64,000 nt of DNA, taken from Styela clava (Eukaryota). The notes beneath the pieces were generated by a model. It did not search any database, had not been told where the DNA came from, and saw nothing but the letters and a program-made list of their open reading frames with translations. Positions 25,962-37,261 of this stretch are shown in pieces. Numbering within the stretch: the stretch's first letter is position 1; each line of letters opens with the position of its first letter. A program made the position numbers and the translations under genes. Location of the stretch: NCBI RefSeq assembly GCF_964204865.1, contig NC_135264.1, positions 12,710,001-12,774,000 of the forward strand, in the 5' to 3' direction.

Positions 25962-27254
25962 TGTATGATATTTGAATTTTTAGGTTTCTCTCGTTGATTT
26001 GTGCGTCACAAGTCCTTGTAATGATTTTCATGGTGTTCAACGACTTTTTGTATGTTTGGGAAGGCAAAGATAATTTTTGAGACGCAAAATTTAATGCAGT
26101 TATCAGGCTACTTTCTACCCCTATCTAGATGTACATTGGCTTCCCTCCGCTCATGACAGGAAGCTCAAAATATAATTCCGCCAAGTGTGAGTCATACTCA
26201 TTTTGTCACGTGGCATTTTTTTAGTTTTCAAGTTTCCATCTATTTATTGGTTTGCCATTTTGGGGCGAATCTGCAATTCTGCAATTGAGAATTACACTGT
26301 CACCTACATATAAAACACTTTTCTCGTCATTATTTCTTAATACAAAATTAGACTTATAATTACCATTGCAATGGCTTTTTCCCAATAATGCGTATTTTTA
26401 GCGGAATCGATTTAAATTAGACACTAAAAACTTTCCATTTACTTATAATTATTTTAATATATTGGTGATTCGATTTTTTCTGACTAGTTTATGATTTCAC
26501 GAGAAGCATCATATAGTTTCTTTTGTGTATCTCATATCGATATGATTGTAACAAAATTTATTTTCAAAATACTTTAAGAAGCTTTCATAAGCAAGTACTT
26601 TTTATATAAACAATTGAAAACGATTTGTTATCGAAATTGTTTTTGAACAACACGAAATCAGTAATTAGAATTTGCAGGTCTATATTTTCGATTGTGGAAG
26701 CTAGATTTTTTTTTTATAAATTTGTTAATAAACTGATTTTTATATAAATAATCATGGTTCAAATCATCTTTCATCGTATTTCAAGAAGCAATGAAAAAGT
26801 TTATTCTAATTGCCGCTATAACAAGTGGATATATTGAAATTTTGACTGATTTATTAAAGGTAATCCGAATTATTAAGAAAGTCTAACATCACTGATTGTG
26901 TAAGTAAGGTCTTCCTTATGATTTTTTCTGTATAACTAGGCTTAATATCTTCTTTGTCCCACCCTTTGGTACTTTATTAAAAATATTCGAGGTTACATTT
27001 TTATGCGACACAATTTAACAGGATCGAATATCAAACTTTGGAACACGCATCGATCAAAAATGCTATTAGTATTATAATTACATTTTTTTGTTTCTCTTTT
27101 TACCGAAACTTAAGTATCAGAAAAAAGATATATGTGTGAGATATTTTTTCAGCATATTTTTGATTATTTACCCCTTGAAATTTGCTAAGTAGAAAATAGA
27201 ACAAAAAAACGAAAGCTGACAACAAAAAATTTTAAATGCTAACAGACAAAATGA

Positions 27255-27375
27255 AAATGACTCACACTCAGCTGATAGCTGGGAACTATATTTTGAGCTT
27301 CCTGTCATAGGGGAAACCAATATATGTCTAGATACTGGTAGAAAGTAGTCTGAATTGCATTAAATTTAGCGACTC
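27255..27375 (+). promoter_or_regulatory. Proximal promoter module of copy 1 (AP-1, ETS, CCAAT, TATA-like); homologous blocks precede all copies
   Basis: TGACTCA 235-239 nt upstream of the ATG at 27258, 35715, 41516, 48288, 52170 and 56047; also at 45276 (163 nt, deleted copy); TGACTAA at 60440. CTTCCTGT (ETS core on the minus strand) in every copy; GGGAAACCAA(T); GCATTAAATTTAG. Confidence 0.6.
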
Positions 27376-27492
27376 AAAAATTACCTGTTGCTTCTAAAAC
27401 ATACAAAAAGCAGATGAACATCATGAAAGTCATTACAAGAACTTGCGACGCACATACCAACGAGAGAAAACTAAAAATTCAAATATCATACA

Positions 27493-28131
27493 ATGAAGAA
27501 CGTTATGCAAATTGTTGGATTGTTACTATGCGGTTTTCTACTTGTATCCAGTTTTCCCCACCAAAAGATGAAAACACATCCATTATTTGGACTAGATGAA
27601 TCAGCAGTAATTCACCGAAAAAAACGATCGGTGGCTTCCGTTCCTTTATCAAAATATAACATACGGAATTGCAATGTGAGATTTAACAATGACAATATGT
27701 TTCTCGATGTTCATGACATTTTTTCTTCTTGGCCAATTTTATCTCAAATGGAGCCGATTGGTTTTGAATGGAAGTGCTTTGAATATGTACACACAGAAGA
27801 TGCTAGTTTTCATTACGTTTTTGCCAAATATGACGGCACAAACTATAAATTTTTAACGGAAGATAACGGAAATCTTATTCTCAGTGAATCTATAGCAAAT
27901 TTTGATATAAATAACACTCCATTGGATAAAATGGTATTTATTTATCAGAAGGACACAAAGATGGACAAAGATAGAAAGCGAGGTGGAAACGTATTGAAGT
28001 TATTCAAAGAAGCTAACAGATATGTTGGTATAGCAACAACTGTACTCGTAACTTATTTAAAACTTCAAAATTCGAATAACGCGGCGTTAATTTCTATTTG
28101 TACAAATAGTCCAAATTGCAATCTTTTGTAG
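27493..28131 (+). CDS. Secreted prepro-protein, putative IL-1/FGF-like beta-trefoil cytokine, copy 1 (212 aa, divergent)
   Basis: Single-exon ORF; signal peptide (..VSS|FP), HRKKR furin site, 4 conserved mature Cys; paralog of 7 downstream ORFs. Confidence 0.9.
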   Translation: MKNVMQIVGLLLCGFLLVSSFPHQKMKTHPLFGLDESAVIHRKKRSVASVPLSKYNIRNCNVRFNNDNMFLDVHDIFSSWPILSQMEPIGFEWKCFEYVHTEDASFHYVFAKYDGTNYKFLTEDNGNLILSESIANFDINNTPLDKMVFIYQKDTKMDKDRKRGGNVLKLFKEANRYVGIATTVLVTYLKLQNSNNAALISICTNSPNCNLL

Positions 28132-28728
28132 CAAACTGGAAGTACATATTTTCTAAATTTACTTATTAATTGGAAAGGCAGTAAACTCATATACATTTTA
28201 TACTTAAGATAATATTTATATTTTCCTCTTTTTCATGTAATGCAAAATTCATAGTTTTATAATTCATTTATATATTTTTATATATTAAAAATCAGTTTAT
28301 ATTTTGTTTTTATATTTTTGTATGGCAAATTGCAATTTTTTTAATGTACTATATATAAATACACTATCCTATAAAAAATACATATATACTATAGCATAAA
28401 TAGTTTTTGTTTGACTCATTTTATAATTTGGAATATAGTGTATACTTCAATAATGAAAATTATTTGCTATACAAAGTTAATCGTTTTTCATGGGTTTTAT
28501 TAATCAGTTACAAAGCAAGCAATTGATGTATTGATCAAAACAGAGAAAACACTTTTTTTCAGTTTCCTATGCTATGGGGCTTCAGTGCAAAATGTTCTCT
28601 GCTTTAATTAAATAGTCTCACGTTATTCCTAAATAAGATTAATGTATTAAACGACGTTTTTTTTTTCTTGAGAAATTATTTCAGCCTCCCAATGCACCCC
28701 AGTTACAAGTTGCCCCAATCATCTAGAT

Positions 28729-29312
28729 CAGGGTGGTCCTAACCCGGGACCACACGTGGCCCGACACTGTATTATCTGTGGTCCGCATCGCATTTGCGGG
28801 AGGTTAAGCAAAAAAATTGCATTTGGTGTTGTTTTTTCATGACAATAATCAGAAAAATCTTTTGATATATAGTTACATCACTAATGTCACTGAAGTGACT
28901 AGTGTTAGCTGAGGCAACTAGCAAAGTTGAATAATGGGCTTGACTAATCTAAATTGATAACTGGCTTTCTTCTTTTTGGTCGGTAATGTATGCTAACAAA
29001 ATAGGCTTCATAGAAACCTAAAATGCAAGTTGTGTCGGTGACAATCTAAAACGAAATTTTCTTTTTATTGCACTTTCTCCGTTACGAAGAGTTTAAAATC
29101 TTATACTAAATCTAGATGTAGTGAGATTTTTTCACCTTTTAGTGAGTTTTTAGTGGTTTTTGCATGTTTCAGCTTGATAAATTACAACTAAGGATTAAAG
29201 TGTTTGGAAAATAAAAGTGTTTGTTTTGTATCGCACTGTTTACCTATTCTTGGCACTATTTTGGCCCGCAAACAATACACAAATTATAGTGTGGCCCCCG
29301 AGGCCGACAAAT
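28729..29312. mobile_element. hAT/Charlie-type MITE, right TIR lost
   Basis: Starts CAGGGTGGTCCTAAC right after an ATCTAGAT target; GGCCCG motifs at both ends; absent after the paralogous ATCTAGAT site near 37170. Confidence 0.6.
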
Positions 29313-29500
29313 ACACATTAAAGTAAACCTAATACTGATAAAACAAAAAAATATTCAATCTGTAGTAAGTTTAATTATATTAATACATATATTTACATAT
29401 ATTAATAATATGGACTTTCGGATTTGTATGAAAACTTGCGGAACGCATGTAGTGTACGGGTGGAACCCTAGTGTGCCGCGTAACCCAGGTTGAAGACAAC

Positions 29501-29707
29501 TGTTATGTCCTGACAAGGCAAGGAGACGACTGTTCGAAGTAACGAAGTATATTACAACAAAAAGGAAGCGCCAAACAGTATAAGATCGAAATAATAACAA
29601 GAAGCCAGCTAGATTAACAGAAAACAATAGACTGAGTAATAGACGGGAAATCCCAAGACGTCACAATATGCTATATACAAGACCGTGCGCATGAATATCT
29701 ACCAACT
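29501..29707 (-). repeat. 3' LTR
   Basis: TGTTATGTCCTGACAAGG...TATCTACCAAC, direct repeat of 34251-34459; PPT adjacent. Confidence 0.9.
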
Positions 29708-30298
29708 TCTCTTTTTTGAGACAGCATTCCAAATAAATCTAAATTTGCGATGCTGTCTTCTTTAGTTTCTATAAATCGTTGAGGTCGGCGTCTATCTCTA
29801 GCGCTCCTCCGAGGAGCATCAAAAAGAGTATGTCTGACCATTTGTTGTTGTTCTGGTTCATATGTTTTATAAAAATAACACAATCTCTTGCCACGAAATA
29901 TCAAGCATATTTATGAGCTTTGTCAGATCATAGTCTAACTAATTCAGATAAAACAAGAGTTACAGCTGATAGTCCTCAAAAGTTGGTAATTTTTGTTTGT
30001 TGATGAGCTCCTGAAGTATTGGGTTTGGGTTGAGTGCAGACAGGTTGTGCACCCTTTTCTTTTGCATTTAGTAATACCTGTTACGTTGTTAGTTTTTGAT
30101 GTTGGTTTCAATTTGGTGCGCACTAGAAAGTTCCTAATAGTCGGGCATTTCCTATAACCTATTATGGGGGAATTCGGGAATAACTTTTGTAGTCTGGTGT
30201 CTCAGTGTAAGATATACAGGTATTACTGGAAAATTTTTCTAATTGGTGGGAGAAATGGGTGGTATGTGGTTACAAGCGGTGGACCTCCAGGTCAATAC

Positions 30299-31503
30299 GG
30301 TTCCATTACATTTGAACCCACGTACATTTGAACCCACGACAATTGCACCTGCATACTATTGCACCTATGGAAATTTTTGTTGTTTTACAGATATTTGAAC
30401 CCATACTAACTCTTACCCATAGGTTTTGGCACCCGCATATAGATTGAACCCGCGGATATACACATGGGTAGGGCTGTCCAAAATCGAATAATTTTTCGAT
30501 TCGAATCGAATATTTTCGCCGAACCGAACCGAATAACCGAATATTATTGCGCAATCCTAAATATGTCTATATTATACAATAAATGCCTGCCCTTCGATGT
30601 TGTGGTAACGTATGTGCAGTTACATCTGACTCACTTTCAGTTTTATGAAAGGAGATCACACGCTTGTATGAACTGGTCAAAAAAATTTGAGGACTCCAAA
30701 ATTTGGGTTTCAAAAACTGTTGAGTGTTATGAGTAAGAATTGCACAATTAAAAATTGCAATCTCAATTCTAATGCATTCCGTTTTAACAGGACATGTAAA
30801 GCCTGTAGATGCTATTTTAATCCTATTCACTAGCCTTAAGGTTTTTTCGTGTAATTTTCAGCAAAATGATAACAACCATTAATATAGATAAAATTGTTGC
30901 TCAAATTCAAAATTGCATTTAACAAATTTGAAACTAGTTTAATGACAATATTGTTTGATGACTATAATATTGTTAGTGTACAACAGCCATCAAAATTCAA
31001 GAATTTAATTATTTGTCTTGTAAATAGATGGATAATAAAGTATTGCCATCATAAGAAACTACAAATTCCATTGAAAGAAGATATTGCCATCATAAGGATT
31101 CCACAATACCTGTTACAGCTTTGAGTTGCCTGTACCACGTTCCTATGATAACTAACTCATCAGCTTCAAATCGATTCTATTTATAGAACTTATCGTTCTA
31201 AACTTATCGGGCATTAAGAATGACATGTTTATCACAAAATGAAGACGAGAGAAATATCGGAAAACCAATTTAGTCATTTAGTCGGGAGCGAGAGTAGTCT
31301 GAGCTCGAAGCGCCTGGCGCTTGCCCAATGAAAAACGTCCTGCAAAGGTGGTTTCCGCTTTATGTACCTAGTTTTAGCGATTCGAAAATTAGCCGAAAAA
31401 CGATTCGAATAATTTGCGCTTTGATTCGATTTCGAATATTTGGTTCGCCTGGACAGCCCTACACATGGGTTCAAATGTACGTGGGTTCAAATGCACGGTC
31501 ACC
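30299..31503. mobile_element. Mutator/foldback-like MITE inserted in the LTR element
   Basis: TIRs with tandem CATTTGAACCCACG repeats, GG...CC ends; perfect 9-bp TSD GGTCAATAC (30290-30298 / 31504-31512). Confidence 0.9.
30469..31461. mobile_element. Non-autonomous hAT (Ac-like TAGGG TIR) element nested in the previous MITE
   Basis: TIR TAGGGCTGTCCA / TGGACAGCCCTA; CGAAT subterminal repeats; perfect 8-bp TSD CACATGGG (30461-30468 / 31462-31469). Confidence 0.92.
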
Positions 31504-31699
31504 GGTCAATACACAATACCTTAGTACACCTCATATGTTTTAGTCATGTTCAATATAATAAAAGGTCAGTTCTTCTACCATATTCGGCCACTCTGCAACT
31601 TCACAAGATAATCTCTGTTTTTTCTGATTCCCACAATTGATCCCACTCTGTATCATTTTTTGTTGTGGGCTTATGGATTCGAACGCTGGAACCTATTTT

Positions 31700-32030
31700 T
31701 AAAGGAGGAAGAATATCTTTTGCTATTCAGCCGCGCCTTTGCGGCCTTCTGTTAAAATTCTTCAGAAAGTTCCTGCCATCTCCTAGCAAAAGATCTTTGA
31801 TGAGCTTGAACACAGGAACGGAATGGGTGTCCAAACACAATTTGTGCTGCCGAACGGTCGTCTACCCTTGGTGTGTTGCGCCATTCTAAAAGTCCTGGCT
31901 GAAACTCCTCATCATAAATATTTCCATTAGATGTCGTTTTAGCTACGAGTGACTACATTTTTTTAACAGCTGTCTCGGCTACCCCATTAGATTGTGGATA
32001 TTTGGGAGCTGACATGGCATGATTGACGCC
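31700..32030 (-). pseudogene. Gypsy integrase C-terminal remnant
   Basis: YPQSNGVAETAVK..GLLEWRNTP..SAAQIVFGHPFRS (PQSNG.AE motif), with frameshifts and stops. Confidence 0.75.
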
Positions 32031-32052
32031 CCACCTGTGAAAAAAGTTTTTT

Positions 32053-32520
32053 TTATTTTTTTTCCGTTTTAAATTCCCAAATGGCACAGACATGTTCTGG
32101 GAAAGTTTTGGAATTCATCAGTACGTCATGCATTGACCACTTTTTGCATGTTATGAGTTCCACGGAGAGCCTCATCTCCTCGACGACAGTGCTCTTCGCC
32201 CATGGATGGCAAGCTCGTAAAAAATTGTATCTACCCCAGCGGGTTATAAAAGTTGTCAAGTGCCGACTACCCGAGTCTGACGGGATTTGCCAATAACCGT
32301 GCTTGACGTCCATTGTAGAAAAATATACGGACTCACCTATAATTGCATTTTTCGGGGTCTGTAGTGGATATGATGGCCGAGTAACAATTTTATTAGGCTC
32401 ATTTAAATTCACACATACACGTACACCATCTTGTGGCTCCGGCACAATAACCATTGGATGGCACCCCCCAGATGGTTTCGTCACGGGTGATATAATTTTT
32501 GATTCGACCATTCTTGTAGT
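32053..32520 (-). pseudogene. Gypsy reverse transcriptase remnant
   Basis: IISPVTKPSGGCHPMVIVP..DGVRVCVNL..LQTP..YFSTMDVKHGYWQIP..HLTTFITRWGRYNFLR; YxDD is disrupted; RNase H appears deleted. Confidence 0.9.
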
Positions 32521-33199
32521 TGCTGATGAACTTCATCTCGCCATGCATACGAAATTATTCTAGAGGCATGTAGGGCAAAAGGTTATGCTTCGTCGCATAA
32601 ATAAATTTTCATGGGAGGGCCCCCATGGGCTTCAGTATTTATTCTGACCTGAACACATCTTTAAATGTTCAATAAGTTTGCCTTTTATTTCTAAAATTTC
32701 ACCCGATGGAGTTACGTCTAGCAATTTCCCAACCAATGACATGTTATCATTACCCTTAATCACAGGTAAAGCGATTGCAGATACCTGTACGAGCTTAGAG
32801 CATTGCGATGGTATAATAGCCAAATTTCTGCATTCAAACCAAGCCAGAAGAGCCCTCTTGCGCCCATCGCATACCAAAATTTTTGCTCCTTTTTTGTTTT
32901 TAACAAAATAAGACAAACGCACATACCGATGCATTTCATATCTTGATTGTTATAGCTGTTAAAACCACACTGCATTCAGGTTTAAAAAGTTGCCTTATCC
33001 GGAGCCCATTAATCCATCCATGCCTTTGATGCAACGCAAACCTCCGCTCTCTTGCCTGGCATAGCCATTGAGCTTTCCATAAATGTACCATCACTGCTGT
33101 AAACAACTATTTAAACGTGCGGAGGGTATTTTCCAACTCGATTTGACACCTTACGGCAGCGTATAATGTTTGTCTCTGGAGGCTTGTTAGCCGGTAAAC

Positions 33200-34190
33200 T
33201 TTTTGCCTTTCGGCACACCCGTGCAAAATGCCATTGTTTCCCAAAACTAAAGCAAGTTTTATTTCTGGCTAGTCATTTTCCTGTGTGGCCCCTGCCACAA
33301 TAGATGCATGGTGATACTGTGAAACTATCACTGTTAAACACAGTCTTTCTCACGGATACCAGATTTTCATTATGAATACTAGATTCAAAGATATCATTAT
33401 TTTCAGCGGCGCCTCCACCGCAGATATCTACAGTTCTTTTTATTTCGGAAAAGGCATCCTTGATGAGAGTTTAAGCCTTGTGTCTTGTGATTTTACGCAG
33501 GCAATAATACCAGTGGTTAAGCGCATGTCCAAACAACTATCCACCAATTCCGCGTTACTGGCAATTTTTTTCAGGTTCATATAAAACGAATCAAAAGTGT
33601 CATCCGGCATTTGTCTTCTCTCTTCAAAATCCACCCGATCAAGTGCAATATTTCGTTCTTTGCGAAAAAATCCCGTATTCGTTTCAACAATTCGTTTACC
33701 GTCAATCCAGTTTCAAGTTCATAATTAGGGTTTATGACGTGCTTTAGAGTGTCCAACATTCGAATCCGTTGAAATGTGATACTAGTTCCGGCCGCGGTAG
33801 TGAGAATAAACTTATGACCCTTGCATATTCTTGTCATTTTAACTCCCAGTCGCAAAAGTGACGTAGGCTACAATCTGCGTGGATCCGTAGTGGTTTATTT
33901 GGTGGTGGACATATGGCCGTGGACTGACCTTTTTGCCTGAAAAGAGCGCTTACTTGATTTTTATAGTCCTTTTCCATGCGCTGTACCATATCGGCGAGAC
34001 GTTCCTCAATTAAGCTCAGTTTCTCGTGCCTTTTCTCGTTGGCATTGGGATATTGCTGCTCCCTTTCTTTATGTTGCTCATCGCGTTTACGCATGTTAAG
34101 CTCCAATTGGTCAAAATATTTCTCCAGTCAGGCAGGTGCTTCAGCCTTTTTGCCATTGGCTATAGATCACCCTGTTGGCAGCAGACTGAA
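33200..34190 (-). pseudogene. Gypsy gag remnant (frameshifted)
   Basis: Coiled-coil N-terminus; FEERRQMPDDTFDSFYMNLKKIASNAEL..RLTTGII; tandem CCHC at ~33210-33310. Confidence 0.8.
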
Positions 34191-34250
34191 GTTGAAAATT
34201 TTCCGATTTCGTACTGATCAGAGTTTAGAAATCGGCTGCCGACAACTCCA

Positions 34251-34459
34251 TGTTATGTCCTGACAAGGCAAGGAGAAGACTGTTCGAAGGAACGAAGTAT
34301 ATTACACAATATATACAGAGGAAACGGCGAACAGTATAAATCAAAATAACAAGTAGCCAACTAGCTTAACAGAAAACACTAGAACGAGTAATAGACGGAA
34401 AATCCCCCGACGTCACAATATGCTATATACAAGACCATGCGCATGAATATCTACCAGCA
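34251..34459 (-). repeat. 5' LTR
   Basis: TG...CA termini; PBS immediately internal. Confidence 0.9.
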
Positions 34460-35260
34460 ACTGGTTTGGGTCTTATGAACTTTGACCTGAATTGAAAAAT
34501 TTTGTCAAAGTTGTCAAGATTTTATACGGTAAAACTATTTGATAAATACACACACACATATATATATATAAATAAATATATTCCTAAAATACAACATCTA
34601 TGCGTTTTATGCATTGTTTTACAAAAAGATTTCCTTTAACAATATAACGACGTGGGTACTGTAAAATATAATCTGTTTGTTTTACCATTGTCCTGTATCC
34701 TAAAAAATAGGCATTTTCGAAAAACTTAGCTCTATTGGTTTCTTTTTATTCACCGTCGTTTATACCCACAATGCAAACAAGCTGATTCAAAGAGTCAGTA
34801 TTCAATTTGAAAAAGAATGTAGGTTCAAAAATTGAATTTCCGAGAAATACATAATTAATTGAGTAAATTTTGGAAGGTAAAGCATCGACAAATCTCCAAC
34901 ATTATTATTTAAAGCGTTTTACGACTACATTTTACAAATAGGTTCAAGTAAATTTCGACTAAATAACAACAATTCAGAATCTATCTAGATTTGCAAAAGG
35001 GGTATGAATATCACGATCAACGATAAATCTGTAAAATTTGAAACTGAGTCACGGATGAATAATATAAAGTTTGACATTTATAAACGTTTGTTTTCAGGTT
35101 GTGAAACATTGACATTTTTGGAGAATTATTGTTGATGTTTTCTGGCAACACAATATGGACATATGGGGAAGCAGGATTTTTTTTTTCTATTTCAAAAGGG
35201 TCAAAGTACAAAATTTATCTGTAGCTTCCATCTAATATTCAACTTCAACTCTAATGTAAA

Positions 35261-35331
35261 ATGATTCATTACATTACCAAATATGTGAGTCAGGTATATT
35301 TTGATGGATTTAACAGGAAGTTGTGTAGGAA
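35261..35331 (+). promoter_or_regulatory. Conserved distal AP-1 + ETS module (also ~39177, 43544, 47198, 50307, 54189, 58068, 62291)
   Basis: ATGATTCATTAC..CCAAATATGTGAGTCA..GATGGATTTAACAGGAAGT; TGAGTCA at 35286, ACAGGAAGT at 35313. Confidence 0.6.
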
Positions 35332-35953
35332 AATTTTTATCGACAAATGCAAACTACGCACTTGATTTTGAAATATTCAAAAATTATATCGAAAGTTTGC
35401 GTGTATAATTAATGAAATAGTTTCAGTCAATAAGGAAAATTGTGTTGATACTATACGAAATTAAAATATAATTCTTTATCTCTGAATGCTTTTGTAATTT
35501 CTGGCGTACAGTGATAAAAATGGCACCTAATTCATGAATAAGTTCAGTTTTGGTGAAACTTGTACATTGTAACCCCGAGTGATCGATTAGACAAGAAAAA
35601 CAAACGTAGCTGCGATCTTTATACAGAATTCACTTTTTTGTCCCAAAATTGCAAACCAATATTTAGATGCCTAAAAGGTTTAATATATTTGAATGCTACG
35701 TGACAAAATGAATATGACTCACAATCAGCTGGTAGTTAGGAATTATAATCTGAGCTTCCTGTCATGAGCAGAGGGAAACCAACGTACATCTAGATAATGA
35801 CAGAAAGTAGCCTATAATTGCATTAAATTTAGCGACTCAAAAATTACCTGTTGCTTCCAAAACATACAAAAGCCGATAAACACCATGAAAATCATTAAAA
35901 GAACTAGCGACACACATATCAACGAGAGACACCTGAAAATCAAATATCATACA

Positions 35954-36577
35954 ATGAAGAATATTATGCTTATCGCTGGACTGTTACTATGCGGTTTTCT
36001 ACTTGTATCTAGTTTTCCCCACCAAAAGATGAAAACACGTCCAGTATTCAGAATAGATAATTCAGCAGTAATTCACCGAAAAAAACGATCGGTGGCTTCC
36101 ATTTCTTTATCAGAATACAACATACGGAATTGCAATGTGAGATTCAACAATGACATGTTTCTTGGTGTTCATGACATTTATTCTTCTTTGCCAATTTTAT
36201 CTCTAAGGGAGCCGGTTGGTTTTGAATGGAAGTGCTTTGAATATGTACAAACAGAAGACGTTAGTTTTCATTATGTTTTTGCAAAATATGACGGCACAAA
36301 CTATAAATTCATAACAGAAGATAACGGAAATCTTATACTCGGCAACTCTATAGCAAATTTTGACATAAATAACACTCCATTGGATAGAAAGCTATTTATA
36401 TATGAGGAAGATAAAAAGCAAAATGGAAAAAATGTATTAAAGCTATTTCATGAAGCTAACAGAGGAGTTAGTACAGCAACAAAGAATGGTTTAGGAACTT
36501 ATTTACAACTTCAAAATGTAATTAACGCGGCTTCAATTTCAATTTGTACAACTAGTCCAAATTGCAATGTTTTGTAG
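35954..36577 (+). CDS. Secreted prepro-protein, copy 2 (207 aa from the homologous ATG; in-frame upstream ATG at 35885 would add 23 aa)
   Basis: Signal peptide, HRKKR, 4 Cys; ATG at 35954 is homologous to the start of the other copies. Confidence 0.9.
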   Translation: MKNIMLIAGLLLCGFLLVSSFPHQKMKTRPVFRIDNSAVIHRKKRSVASISLSEYNIRNCNVRFNNDMFLGVHDIYSSLPILSLREPVGFEWKCFEYVQTEDVSFHYVFAKYDGTNYKFITEDNGNLILGNSIANFDINNTPLDRKLFIYEEDKKQNGKNVLKLFHEANRGVSTATKNGLGTYLQLQNVINAASISICTTSPNCNVL

Positions 36578-37261
36578 CAAACTTAGTACAGATTTTTTAA
36601 CATTACTTAGTTATTGAAAATGCAAATGTATATATATATATTTTTTTATAATTAGACTGTTTTATGTTTTTTCTTCTCTTCGTGCAATGTCTATTCAATA
36701 GTTTCATATGCTATATATATATTATATAATTTTATACATTAAAAGTTAGTTTAAAAATTTAGTTTTCATATTTTTGTATGGCAAAGTGCAATTTTTTAGT
36801 GTATTATCTATAAATACGTAATTATATAAAAAAAATTATTTTATAACAAAAATAGTTTTTGTTCGACTAATTTTATAATTCAGATTTTAGAATATTATAT
36901 ACTTCAATAATGAAAACTTTTTCCTATACAAAGTGAATCGTCTTTTATGAGTTTTATAAACCAATTATAAACAATTGATGTCTTGATGAAAACCGAGAAA
37001 CAATTTTTTTTAGCTTTTTATGTCATAGGGAGGGCTTCAGCGCAAAAGGTTCTCTGCTTTCATAGTCTCACTTTATTTCTAAATAAGATTGAAGTATTAA
37101 ATGATGTTTTAATTTTTAAGAAAATATTTTAGCTGCCTAATGCACCACAGTTAAAAGTTGCCCCAATCATCTAGATATAGGCATTCTATTCCTGTCAAAC
37201 GTTAGAGAAAATGCACGGATTTTATTGACCGACAAAAAACACGAATATGTATAGTCTAGAG

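Larger units (their letters stand above)
29501..34459 (-). mobile_element. Decayed Ty3/Gypsy LTR retrotransposon (Mag-clade-like), internally deleted
   Basis: ~205-bp LTRs at 29501-29707 and 34251-34459; PBS TGGAGTTGTCGGCAG (tRNA-Ser-like); PPT AAAAAAGAGA; gag with tandem zinc knuckles CIYCGRGHTGK*..KTCFSFGKQWHFARVC; RT fragment; integrase C-terminal remnant; partial TSD (A)CAAC; paralogous empty site at ~38365. Confidence 0.93.

Noticed and set aside
27310-27320. NF-kB site GGGGAAACCA / AGGGAAACCA in the promoters
   Set aside because: Does not complete the GGGRNWYYCC consensus and is altered in the pseudogene; not called
27493-28131. Assignment as a canonical FGF or IL-1 ortholog (gene symbol)
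   Set aside because: The FGF C-x-F-x-E motif and the IL-1 family signature are not properly conserved at the expected positions; only fold-level similarity is suggested
30306-30360. Short regular repeats resembling a CRISPR array
   Set aside because: Eukaryotic context; these are MITE subterminal repeats without unique spacers
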